Shown here: piece by piece, positions 40,099 to 50,401 of the stretch
How positions within the stretch are numbered: position 1 is the stretch's first letter
Layout of the letters: each line of letters opens with the position of its first letter
Source of the DNA: a virus
Length of the DNA: 64,000 nucleotides
Virus record (IMG/VR): IMGVR_UViG_3300003873_000007
Location: 28,281 to 92,280 of that record
Direction: 5' to 3' (one strand)
Translations under genes and position numbers: made by a program
The notes under the pieces: model-generated
Database searches by the model: none
What the model was told of the DNA's origin: nothing
The model's input: only the letters and a program-made list of their open reading frames with translations

Positions 40099-41121
40099 AT
40101 GAATAAAAAAAAAGTAATTGAGTTTATCAACAACATTAAGTCAACAGATAAAGTTATACATTTAAGTCATAATGATATGGATGGTTTTGGTTCAAGTTAT
40201 ATGGTTAAAAAATATTTAGATTGTAATTTAATTCAAGGTAACACAGATTATGGTAAGATTCTTTCAAAATTGGAAGAACTTGGAATCGAGAAAAATGATA
40301 AAGTTATAATAACTGATTTAAATCTCACTATTGCGGAATGTAATTTATTGAACTCTACCACAACTAATTGGATGGTTATTGATCATCATATAACAGGAGA
40401 GTCATCTGCTAAATTATTTAACAATAATTATTATTTAAACACAGAATATTGTGCAACATATTTAATACATGATATATTACATAATAGTAATGCATCTACA
40501 GATTTAGATAAAATGAAAGAAATTGCTGAGTTAGTAAATGCGTATGATCTTTGGCATAAAGAAAGTTTATTATTTAAGAAAGGAATGTTATTATCATATT
40601 ATATCCATTCTATGTTATTTGAATTTAACAATTTACAATTAAAATATACAGAATGGTTATTTGATAATATTGCTGTACTTCTATTAATTAGTGATGTAGA
40701 AAATACAGAGTTGAATTATAATAAATTATTCAGACATTGGATAATGAACATAAATGATTCTGAAACAATAAAAGATAATTTTCTTCCGACAAATATTAAA
40801 TGTGCAATTATGCATGTTGATGGAATTGAAAAGTATATAGTTCACTCAACTGATAATTATATAATTTTTAGTGGATTAAGTTCAAAAGTGACTCAATACG
40901 CTTTTGATGAACTATTTAACGATGTATCATATAAAGATAAAGTCTTAATTAACCTAAATTCAAAAGGTAAATGTACTTTTAGAAGTGTAAACGAGAAATC
41001 AAAAACATATGCTACTTTATGTGGTGGCGGTGGACATCCAAATGCAGCGGGCTGTAATTTAAATGAAGCGGATGGATCGTATTTAAAACAATTAATTGAA
41101 ATATTGAAATATGAATCATGA
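40099..41121 (+). CDS. DHH/DHHA1 phosphoesterase (nanoRNase-like)
   Basis: SHNDMDG, ITDL, IDHH, GGGGHPNAAG. Confidence 0.88.
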   Translation: MNKKKVIEFINNIKSTDKVIHLSHNDMDGFGSSYMVKKYLDCNLIQGNTDYGKILSKLEELGIEKNDKVIITDLNLTIAECNLLNSTTTNWMVIDHHITGESSAKLFNNNYYLNTEYCATYLIHDILHNSNASTDLDKMKEIAELVNAYDLWHKESLLFKKGMLLSYYIHSMLFEFNNLQLKYTEWLFDNIAVLLLISDVENTELNYNKLFRHWIMNINDSETIKDNFLPTNIKCAIMHVDGIEKYIVHSTDNYIIFSGLSSKVTQYAFDELFNDVSYKDKVLINLNSKGKCTFRSVNEKSKTYATLCGGGGHPNAAGCNLNEADGSYLKQLIEILKYES

Positions 41122-42198
41122 TTCTATCAACATCTGAAATTATTGATTTAATTCAACATAATAAAGTAATCAAAATATCAGAATATATAATTGAAAATAA
41201 ATTATCCATTTCACAATTAAATTGGGAAACTGAAGATTTTTTAGCTGGTGATTATACTGAATTTTGGTTAGAAGTAGCTGATCATATAATAGGAGGAATG
41301 TAAATGTTTACGTTTGAAAATCGACAATTAAAAAAGGGTGATGCAGTAACGTTGATTGATAATATTGAAAAGAATCAGGAATATGGAGAGAACAAAGAAT
41401 TTTTAATGACAAGTAATATACTATATGCTTTAAAAAGATTACCTTCCGTATTTTATGTGTATTTTATATCTAAAGATCTTTACTATTGTAAAGTGCAATC
41501 AAAAAAAACAGCAGGTAAAAAATTAGATATATTAATTCCTCGAGAGATATTAAAAATCATAAAAGTTCCAAAAATGAATGATATTGTAAATTGGTTATTT
41601 GATAATCAGTTAGTACAATACCCTGAACAATGGAGAGCATTTCCAAATGAAATACAATCAATTTCAAGATATATTGTTAAAATATTTCAAAATAATTTAA
41701 AAGCTATTTATTTAGTGAATAAAAATTGTAATCACTTATATTACAATAATGATAGATATGAAGTCCTAATGTTTTATAAAACATTAGTTCAACAGTTAGG
41801 GATCACAATATCATCATATTACAATAAATATAATCAATTAACAATTAGAAAAAAATTTATTGACACGTGTTTAAAATTAAATCCTATGTGGCATACACTG
41901 GATGCGATTTCTATCTATGATATGAATAACCATAATGTATTTAAGGATGAAGATTATATATCAAATGATGATAGACTTAATTGGTATTTGAATCCTTCAA
42001 GTAAATTACGGGCAGATAATACAAAAGAAAAAAAAGAAGAAGTAAAGGCGTTAATCGAAAAATATGCTGTCCGTAATTTAGCAGAAAGAACAAAAAATGA
42101 TAAACGATACATCTCAGAAATTAATCAACAAGTGATTGATGAGTTGGAATTAGTAATTTTTAATGTAAAAACAATTCCTCATCGAAATCAAATACTTT

Positions 42199-42220
42199 TT
42201 ATCTTTATCGATAAAGATAA
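42199..42220. repeat. Palindromic repeat copy inside a CDS (TTATCTTTATCGATAAAGATAA)
   Basis: Perfect 22-bp palindrome within 41304..42422, in the stretch encoding FIFIDKDN. Confidence 0.8.
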
Positions 42221-42780
42221 TAATAAAAGATTTTTCATAGATAATTTTGAATTTATCTTTTACGTTTCGAATGTCTCAAATATCATTGAGAATGATTATA
42301 TTGTTAATTTTAATAAAGATAAACACATACCATTTATTGTAAAAAATTTTGAAGTTCTACGAAATTTAAAATTTGCAATCAATGATAACCATAAAAGGTT
42401 TATGAAAAAAGGGAGTTTTTAATGGAAATATATAAATTAAAAGATAGATTAGATGCGCACAAATTATTAGAATTAACATTATCTGGTTTATCTAATAATC
42501 AGATGGATCTAGATGAACCATTGTTTTCTGATGAACAGGAGTTATTTGATTATTTTGATGTAACAGACCTAGCAATTCAAGAATTATATGATAATGATTA
42601 TCCTGATACTTTGAATCTATTACCATTTATTTGGTTAGATGAAAATATAATATCAAAATTAGTAAAAAATAAAAAGTTTCCATTATACGCAATAATTGGT
42701 GGACATACAGGATATAGAAATTATCAAGGACAAGAAAAAAGTATAATTTTTAAAATTGTTGAAAATATAAAGGAGGTATA

Positions 42781-43326
42781 ATGGATATTTTATGGTATAA
42801 TTATGATCTTTCTGATGAAAGACAAGTTATAAAATGTGTTAAACAAATTGAGCGCATCTGTAGAGATTCTTTAGAATATGATGACTGGCAAAGAAAATGT
42901 AAATACACTGACTCCACAGATTGCCCAATCTGTGGAGATAATTATTATGATAATAATTCAAAGTGTGAAAGTCATCATCATCCAAAAACATTATTTGATA
43001 TTGTTGAAAATGTTATTGATGACCATCTTGAAAAAAACGATTTAGATGATGTGACAGGATTAAGTGTAGTCCAAGAAGTCATGGATAAACATTTATTTCA
43101 AAAAGTTTCATATATAAATTTATGTCAACATTGTCACAAAAAATATCATGCTGGTCATCCGGATGTTAAATCAAAAATGGATCTGATTTTTAAAAAACGT
43201 GTAGAAGATGCAATGAAAGAAGAGGTCGTTGAGGAAATTGATACTGAAATAAAAATATCATCAAATATTTCAACATTAAACATTGAAACAACTAACGATT
43301 TTATCTCTATCGATATAGATAATTAA
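42781..43326 (+). CDS. HNH-like zinc-binding protein
   Basis: CPICG...ESHHHP...NLCQHCHKKYH. Confidence 0.55.
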   Translation: MDILWYNYDLSDERQVIKCVKQIERICRDSLEYDDWQRKCKYTDSTDCPICGDNYYDNNSKCESHHHPKTLFDIVENVIDDHLEKNDLDDVTGLSVVQEVMDKHLFQKVSYINLCQHCHKKYHAGHPDVKSKMDLIFKKRVEDAMKEEVVEEIDTEIKISSNISTLNIETTNDFISIDIDN

Positions 43327-43332
43327 AAAATT

Positions 43333-43370
43333 ATCTATAAAGATAATAATATTTTACATAGAAATAATAT
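43333..43370 (+). promoter_or_regulatory. Putative phage promoter (copy 2)
   Basis: ATCTATAAAGAT-N14-TAGAAATAATAT upstream of 43399. Confidence 0.55.
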
Positions 43371-43924
43371 TCATCATATTATCACAAAGGAAAGAAATAT
43401 GAAAAGACAACGGAAATATATAGGAAATTTACCTATATATGAAAAAAATCATAGTAATAAATTTACAGGTTCGTATGTTCCTATGGGGTGTCTATTTGTA
43501 ATAAATTCTTATGTTGAATCTAACATTTGTGTTTTACAATTTAGTCTACAAAATAATCCAACATTGCAAAGTTTTAATAATTTTGAAGTGCATATGGATT
43601 TAGCTTCATTGCTTCGATTAAAGCATTTTTTATATATTGGATTAGATTCTGATAGAAGCATAAATGGTCATCTTCACGTAACAAGCACAAAAATTAATCA
43701 AAAATTGAATGAACAAAATGCAGCTTATGTTAGTATAGATGATAATATTTTAAAAATTATAATTGATAATTCTAGTCAAACCGAATTTAAAATAAAATCA
43801 CCATATCAAATCAATGTTTTCGCTGAGTTGATAAATACAATAATTGATATATTGAAAATGAATATGTATTCTAATCAAATATCAAATAAAATAGATATAT
43901 CTGCACCAGCTCTTAAATCGCATA

Positions 43925-45019
43925 ATGTATCATCTAATGTTCCTTCTCCTGTATCAGGAGGAACTATTATCACATGATATGTTATCAAAATATAATAAAT
44001 TAGTAAAATGCAATAAGTTACGACCAAATATTTTATTCTCAGAAGATCTTGTTGTACAACAACAGTTGTATTTATTATTTAATAATACGTCTTTTTGTAC
44101 ATCATACGATATAAGAGCGAGATGGAAAATTGTTAAAGATTCTTTAACCTATGATACAGTTAAATGTCCAGTCTGTGAAAATACAGCGGTATTTGATAGA
44201 TTTAAATTTTTAAAATACTGTTCAAAAGAATGTATGTATAAAGATAAACCTGTTCAAAAAAAATGGTCAAAACTAGGAATTCAAAACATTTCACAATTAC
44301 CTGAACATAAGAAAAAGGTTAAACAAAGTTGGAAAAATAAAACACAACAAGATAAAAAAGATATTTTAAAAAAACGTAAAAAAACAATTTCTGAAAAACA
44401 TTTAAGTTATAAAAAATATTGTATTCAAAACAACTTAAAAGGTCAACAAACATGCTTTACAAGATATGGTGTAAAAAGTTATTTAGAACTTATAAATAAT
44501 AATGGTTTATCAAATATTAATTATGAACATTTTAAAAATATTGATCTATATTTTGATAAAAAATTTATTATTGACAAATTCATAATTGATGATTTATTTG
44601 ATTACCATGCATTTATGAATTTTTTTAATTGTTGTCAACCGACAGCACACAATCATTTAAAGAAAATGAATATTGATTACACTAAAAAATCTGGAGGAAT
44701 AGATGTTTTAAAACCTGGGAAATTGTATTATTTAGAGATACAACATCACGAAAAATTATACTATAAGATTGGTATTACAAACTTTGATGTAAAGTCTCGA
44801 TTTAAAAGTAAAAACGATATGGATAAAATCAAAATCATTTTTGAAATAGATTTCGATTTAGCAATTAATGCATTAATTATTGAACAAAAAATAATTAAGA
44901 AAAATAAACAATATATCACGGATCAAAATATATTATCTTCAGGTAACACTGAAATTTTTAATATTGATATTAATGATATTAATTTACAAAAGGAAATAAA
45001 TGCAAACAGAACAAGATAA
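43925..45019 (+). CDS. Putative homing endonuclease with C-terminal GIY-YIG/T5orf172-like domain
   Basis: CPVC..YCSKEC finger; LYYL...YKIGIT....RF...IEQ...GNTEIF; the true start may be ~43974-43979. Confidence 0.6.
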   Translation: MYHLMFLLLYQEELLSHDMLSKYNKLVKCNKLRPNILFSEDLVVQQQLYLLFNNTSFCTSYDIRARWKIVKDSLTYDTVKCPVCENTAVFDRFKFLKYCSKECMYKDKPVQKKWSKLGIQNISQLPEHKKKVKQSWKNKTQQDKKDILKKRKKTISEKHLSYKKYCIQNNLKGQQTCFTRYGVKSYLELINNNGLSNINYEHFKNIDLYFDKKFIIDKFIIDDLFDYHAFMNFFNCCQPTAHNHLKKMNIDYTKKSGGIDVLKPGKLYYLEIQHHEKLYYKIGITNFDVKSRFKSKNDMDKIKIIFEIDFDLAINALIIEQKIIKKNKQYITDQNILSSGNTEIFNIDINDINLQKEINANRTR

Positions 45020-45746
45020 AACAAAAAGCTTTCTTAAAGGATTATCTGATGCTCATCGAGAAGACATCAAGAGAAATTTAGAGAATATAGAACCGTATCC
45101 TGGTCATGAAAATTATAGAATTTCTGAATTATCTCGAGCAGTAATGGCTGAACAAGTTTCAGAAAAAATGAAAGAGATATTTGATATTATGAAGTTAGAT
45201 TATAGAAATGATCCAAATCTTAAAGATACACCTATGCGAATATCTAGCATGTGGGTAAATGAATTAATGATAGGCAGATATCAAAATAAGCCTAGAATGG
45301 AATCTTTTCCACTACAGTTTGGAGGAGACGGAGGAATATTAATTGATGATACTCCATTAGAGCCAGGCATGATGATTACAAAAAAAGTCGATATTCGAAG
45401 TCTATGTTCTCATCATTTTATGCCATTTTTTAATAATGAAGATGGGTATGGATTAATTGCATATATGCCAACTGATAAACTTTTAGGCATTAGTAAACTT
45501 CAAAGATTAGTAAATTGGTACGGAGCTCGTCCTCAATTACAAGAACAATTAACATATCAAATCTATAAAGAAGTATGTGATACAATTGGTACAAATGATG
45601 TATTAGTTATTATGGAAAACATTGAACATACATGTGAAAGTCTTAGAGGTGTAGAATCCGTATGTGGTAGAACAAACACTGTTCAATATGGTGGAGCATT
45701 TAACGATGCGGCTTTACGTCGAGAAGTAATTCTCGGATCAAAATAA
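45000..45746 (+). CDS. folE: GTP cyclohydrolase I
   Basis: LKDTPMR, SLCSHHFMPF, GISKLQR, RPQLQEQLT, HTCESLRG. Confidence 0.95.
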   Translation: MQTEQDKTKSFLKGLSDAHREDIKRNLENIEPYPGHENYRISELSRAVMAEQVSEKMKEIFDIMKLDYRNDPNLKDTPMRISSMWVNELMIGRYQNKPRMESFPLQFGGDGGILIDDTPLEPGMMITKKVDIRSLCSHHFMPFFNNEDGYGLIAYMPTDKLLGISKLQRLVNWYGARPQLQEQLTYQIYKEVCDTIGTNDVLVIMENIEHTCESLRGVESVCGRTNTVQYGGAFNDAALRREVILGSK

Positions 45747-46351
45747 AAAATAAAATAATAGGAAACAGAATGGAAATGGAAAAAATGAAAGAACAAGTAC
45801 AAAAAATGATAGATTGGATCAATAAAGTTTTAAATATTGGTGTTTTTAATAATTTAGAAGAATCCACTACATCTGTGTCAGAGATAAAAGTTAGTAATAA
45901 AAGTACAGGTAAAGTAATGCCTGAGCCTTTAGTCGAAGAAGAAGCACAATATTGTTTAGATGAAGAAACTTTTGTTCCTAACATATCAGGAAAATATTCA
46001 GAACAAGAAGTTGATACAATTAAATTATTTTTAAAAAATAAAAATTTTAAAGATATATCATTAGAAGAATTTATAGGATTAGCATTTAAATTGAATCGTA
46101 AAGTATCTTCAGTTAAAACTAAAGCTAAAAAATTATATGATTCAAAGTAATATAATGAAAAAAATTATATGTTACGAAATAAAATATGGAGTGTTGACAA
46201 ATAATCGTTTTGAAATATCAGAAGAAGATTTTAAATTAGATATTAAAAAATGTGCTAAGACACATATTAAAAATGGTTATAAAATTTATTTAGATACGGC
46301 GACTTTTAATGATTTAAAAGTCTTTTAGCATCTAAATAAAAAAGGAGTTAT

Positions 46352-46804
46352 ATGGAAATTGATGAAAAACATGAATGGTTTCTTCCTGACCATTTTATAG
46401 AGAAAACTGATAATGATGAAGTATTACTATACGCCGATACAGATAGTTGTGTAGGTTCGACTAAAATTAGTATTAATAATAAACACATTTCAATTGAAGA
46501 TTTTTATGAGCAGTCAGATGGGCGAGTTGAAAAGAAATCAAAAGAAAATTTTGTAAAGTATTTAAACTCAAAATATATAACACCATCATTGAGTAAAAAA
46601 TTAGATATTGAAAATAACGATGTTATATATATTATGAAACATTTAGTAAAAAAAAGGATGTTTAAAATAATAGTTGATAGAAATGAAGTTATTATAACAG
46701 AAGATCATTCGATTATGGTTTTACGAAATTCCAAACTGATTAAAATTAAACCAGATAAGGTACAAAAGAATGATAGAATTATTACAATTTGTGAGCCGTC
46801 CTAA
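46352..46804 (+). CDS. polB: DNA polymerase B motif-C N-extein (31 aa, ...YADTD) fused to split-intein N-fragment
   Basis: YADTD followed by SCVGSTKI (intein block A) and ITEDHSI (block B TxxH); stops after 119 intein residues; AAGGAG RBS. Confidence 0.88.
   Translation: MEIDEKHEWFLPDHFIEKTDNDEVLLYADTDSCVGSTKISINNKHISIEDFYEQSDGRVEKKSKENFVKYLNSKYITPSLSKKLDIENNDVIYIMKHLVKKRMFKIIVDRNEVIITEDHSIMVLRNSKLIKIKPDKVQKNDRIITICEPS
46445..46801 (+). mobile_element. Split intein, N-fragment (Ser1)
   Basis: Blocks A and B present, no blocks F/G. Confidence 0.85.
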
Positions 46805-47891
46805 ATGCATTGAATGTAATTTATCTGAAATATCTGATAAAGTATGGACAAAATATAGTTTAAATCGAAAAAATATTGGCTCAGATGGATGTTGGTTAAA
46901 ACCAAAACTTATAAATGGTCATCCATATTATAGAAAAAGATGCTTGAATTGTTTTAAAAAATTATATAAAAGAGATGCTAAAAAATTAAATACATTAAGT
47001 TATGATTTTATATATCTATTTGATATATCAGAAGATGTTTTAAAAAAAGCAAATGCGAATCGAGCAGTAACTCTTAAAAATATGGTTAAGAAATATGGTG
47101 AAATTGAAGGAACCTTAAAGTTTGAAACGTATTGTAAAAAACAAGCACATAGCAATAGTCTAGAATTTTTTTTAAATAAAGGATATACAAAACAAGATTT
47201 TATAGATTATAATAAAAATCGAGCGGTAACCCTTGAAAATATGATCAAAAGATATGGTGAAATTGAAGGAACTTTAAAATTTGAAAATTATTGTGAGAGA
47301 CAACGATACACAAAATCATTAGATTATTATGAAGATAAGTTTGGAAAAACCTCAGCAAAACTTGAATTTGATAAAACTAATAAATTAAAAGCAATAACTC
47401 TTAAAAACATGATTATGAAATATGGGAAAATTGAAGGAACCTTAAAGTTCAACAATTTTGCTAAAAAATCACAATCTGGATATTCTGAGATGGCTTCTAA
47501 TGTTTTCATATTTTTGTTTGAAAAAATAATTCACGACTTTCCAAATTTAAAGGATAGTATTCAATTTCAACCATTAACACAAGAATATTTTTTATCAAAT
47601 ACTGATGGAATATATTTTTACGATTTTACAATTAAGAATCTTAAAATTATCATAGAATTTAATGGGGATGTGTATCATGCAAATCCATTAATTTATAAAA
47701 AATCAGATAAACCAATACATTGGTTTTATCCAGATTTAACTGCGAATGAAATCTGGAATAAAGACAAACTAAAAAAAGATCGAGCTATAAATAACGGCTT
47801 TACATTTTTTACAATTTGGGAGTCAGATTTAAAGCAAACTCAATTTTTAGAAAATTTTTATTTAACATTAAAAAGGAAATTGGTATGTTAG
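46770..47891 (+). CDS. Free-standing Vsr-like homing endonuclease between the split-intein halves
   Basis: Three repeats of (R/K)A(V/I)TL(K/E)NM.K.YG.IEGTLKF; FYDF...IIIEFNGDVYHANP...IWESD; lies in a different frame from both intein halves. Confidence 0.8.
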   Translation: MIELLQFVSRPKCIECNLSEISDKVWTKYSLNRKNIGSDGCWLKPKLINGHPYYRKRCLNCFKKLYKRDAKKLNTLSYDFIYLFDISEDVLKKANANRAVTLKNMVKKYGEIEGTLKFETYCKKQAHSNSLEFFLNKGYTKQDFIDYNKNRAVTLENMIKRYGEIEGTLKFENYCERQRYTKSLDYYEDKFGKTSAKLEFDKTNKLKAITLKNMIMKYGKIEGTLKFNNFAKKSQSGYSEMASNVFIFLFEKIIHDFPNLKDSIQFQPLTQEYFLSNTDGIYFYDFTIKNLKIIIEFNGDVYHANPLIYKKSDKPIHWFYPDLTANEIWNKDKLKKDRAINNGFTFFTIWESDLKQTQFLENFYLTLKRKLVC

Positions 47892-48007
47892 TTAAATATC
47901 ATGATGATTACACAGTTGAAGATTTAGGTATTTGTGAGGAATGGGTTTATGATATCGAGGTTAAGAATAATCATAATTTCTTTGCAAATTCAATTCTTAT
48001 TCATAAT
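47885..48007 (+). mobile_element. Split intein, C-fragment
   Basis: Blocks F/G ending His-Asn, with +1 Ser. Confidence 0.88.
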
Positions 48008-48889
48008 AGTGCTTATTTACTTTATGATTTACCATTTAATAAATATGAAGATATTCACCAACTCGTCAATTATGTTCAATCTATTGCTCGAGAATTAGGG
48101 GAAATATATAATAATGCATTAGAATATTATTTATGTAATTTTGCTGGATTAAATCCTGAATATAACACAATGGATTTTAAATCTGAGGTTATTGCATATA
48201 AAGGTTTCTTTAACACTAAAAAGTTTTACTCACTTGCTAAATGTTGGGACGAAGGAGTATTCTTTGAAGAGAAGCCTAAATTAAAAACAACAGGTGGACA
48301 AATAAAAAAATCTGATGTTACACAGATCACCAAAAAGTTATTAACTGAAATTTATCATATTTTAGTTACAGATATAAATCAAAACGATATTATAAAAATG
48401 TATAGAATGATTTTTATTGGTTTAAAAAATAAATACAAATTACAAATATCAGAAGATATTGAAAATATGGAATTTACAAGTTTTAGTGTTCCAAAAAAAT
48501 GGGGAAGTACAGAAAAAAGTATTCCTCCGTTTGTAACAGGAGCTAAATTATACAATGCTATAATAGGGGATACTTTTCGTCCATCCGATGCATTTATTGT
48601 TGTAAAAGTTATTATTGATGTTGAGAAATTATTAGATTTTTATATACAAAATAATGTTAATGATGATAAATTTACATTACAGCGGACAGAAGTACAAGAA
48701 TTGAAAAATAAAATAAATGTGATTAGTATACCTCCAATTTTAAGTGATGAAGAAAAAACAAAGTTGTTGGATGTAATGAAAAAATTAAATATTAGATTAA
48801 ATTTAACAGAAATAATTGAATATAATATCGATTTAAAAATCGATCCGTTTGAAAAATTATTTGATGAAGAGACAAGGCTAAGTGCATGA
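47885..48889 (+). CDS. polB: Split-intein C-fragment (41 aa) fused to DNA polymerase B C-terminal palm/thumb
   Basis: AAGGA RBS before ATG 47885; VYDIEV.NNHNFFANSILIHN/SAYL; then MDFKSE, TKKFY and KTTGGQIKKSD PolB-type motifs. Confidence 0.88.
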   Translation: MLVKYHDDYTVEDLGICEEWVYDIEVKNNHNFFANSILIHNSAYLLYDLPFNKYEDIHQLVNYVQSIARELGEIYNNALEYYLCNFAGLNPEYNTMDFKSEVIAYKGFFNTKKFYSLAKCWDEGVFFEEKPKLKTTGGQIKKSDVTQITKKLLTEIYHILVTDINQNDIIKMYRMIFIGLKNKYKLQISEDIENMEFTSFSVPKKWGSTEKSIPPFVTGAKLYNAIIGDTFRPSDAFIVVKVIIDVEKLLDFYIQNNVNDDKFTLQRTEVQELKNKINVISIPPILSDEEKTKLLDVMKKLNIRLNLTEIIEYNIDLKIDPFEKLFDEETRLSA

Positions 48890-49950
48890 TACAACATAAT
48901 AGTTTAAATCCGATCAACGTTGATAACATTCAAGAAATCGTTAAACATTTAAAAGATAATAATTACAAATTTTATCAATTTTATAATATTGAAATCGAAG
49001 CGGATGAATATAGTTTTATTCAATATATGTTGAAATATAAAGATTCACCAAGAAGCAAGGTCTTAAATAAAACATATTATGATATTGAAACTTTTGTTAA
49101 CGAAGATGGTGATTTTACTGATCCGGAAAAGGTTGATAGACCAGTAAATAGTATTGCTCTTTATAATAATATCTCAAATACAGCTTATGTTATAGCATAT
49201 GTTACAGAATGCAATATTACAGATCCTGATGAAATTTCATCAGGGATTCATAAACTGTTTACAGAAAAAGTTGCAGAAAATGAAACTTATAACATCCCTG
49301 ACATTACTTTAGATATTCGAATTTTATCTGATGAAAAAGAATTGATAAAAGAATTTTGGTCTTTAATGCAAGAACAAAATACTTTAGCTTTAATTGGATT
49401 TAATAGTAATACATTTGATGATGTTTTTATGTTTAATAGGACTGCTAAATTATTTGGAAAAGATGCTCGAGATAATATGGTATCAGAATTCGGTATTGTT
49501 GAACAATATGGTCAGCAATTCGAAATTCCTGATTATTTATTAGTAGATTTATTAAAATTGTATAAACCTGTTGGGTCAGGAGGGGGAGGATTAGGAAAGT
49601 CACTTCCTGACTTTAAATTAAATACTGTTGCTTATGAAGAATTAGGTATAACAAAATTAGATTTACCTGGCGGGTTTAGATGGAATTATTTAAATGATAT
49701 AGTAGGATATTTAACATATAATATATTTGATACATTATTAACATTTAAAATGGATGAAAAATTAATGTTTATGGAATTAATGTTTGACTTATCAAAATAT
49801 AATAATGCTAGTATGGGAGCGACAATTAATGGTCGATCAATATTATATTTATATAGGAATGATCTAATGTATTGCTCACAAGATAAAATTATTAGATCAA
49901 AAAAATTTTCGAGAGAAGTGCTTTTTGAACCAAAAATAAAAGATATTTAA
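48886..49950 (+). CDS. polB: DNA polymerase B 3'-5' exonuclease domain as a separate gene
   Basis: ExoI YYDIET, ExoII GFNSNTFDD, KLNTVAYEELG, ExoIII YNIFD. Confidence 0.88.
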   Translation: MIQHNSLNPINVDNIQEIVKHLKDNNYKFYQFYNIEIEADEYSFIQYMLKYKDSPRSKVLNKTYYDIETFVNEDGDFTDPEKVDRPVNSIALYNNISNTAYVIAYVTECNITDPDEISSGIHKLFTEKVAENETYNIPDITLDIRILSDEKELIKEFWSLMQEQNTLALIGFNSNTFDDVFMFNRTAKLFGKDARDNMVSEFGIVEQYGQQFEIPDYLLVDLLKLYKPVGSGGGGLGKSLPDFKLNTVAYEELGITKLDLPGGFRWNYLNDIVGYLTYNIFDTLLTFKMDEKLMFMELMFDLSKYNNASMGATINGRSILYLYRNDLMYCSQDKIIRSKKFSREVLFEPKIKDI

Positions 49951-50401
49951 AGGAGAAAATGTTAATGACAAACAGTGAAGTGCTACAGAAAATAAATGAT
50001 TTAAAATTAGAAATAGATGAACAAACACTACTATGTAAAAATATAGTAAAGGTAGAAAATGTTACATCAAAAGATATACAAAACTTATTAGATTCAACTT
50101 TGGAAAAAATTGATACTTTGAAAAAGTATCAACAAATAATTTTAAATAGAAATTATTTAGAATTCATAGAATATAATTCTGAAAATATAAATATCCAAAC
50201 TTTAATTAAAAGAAAAGAAAAATTATTATTAAAGAAGAAATTTGAAACAATTTTAATTAATTCATATAATGACACAGAAGGACTTGTGAAAATATCAATA
50301 GATGCTTTTCAACACGTTCAAGAATATAAAAAAGAATTATCAAAAATTCATAGTATATTAAATATTTTTAATAATACACAATTCAAATTAGAGGAATATA
50401 A

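Noticed and set aside
47816-47884. Longer start for the IntC-polB ORF given in the track
   Set aside because: ATG 47885 has an AAGGA RBS and gives a typical 41-aa IntC; the extension lies inside the endonuclease gene
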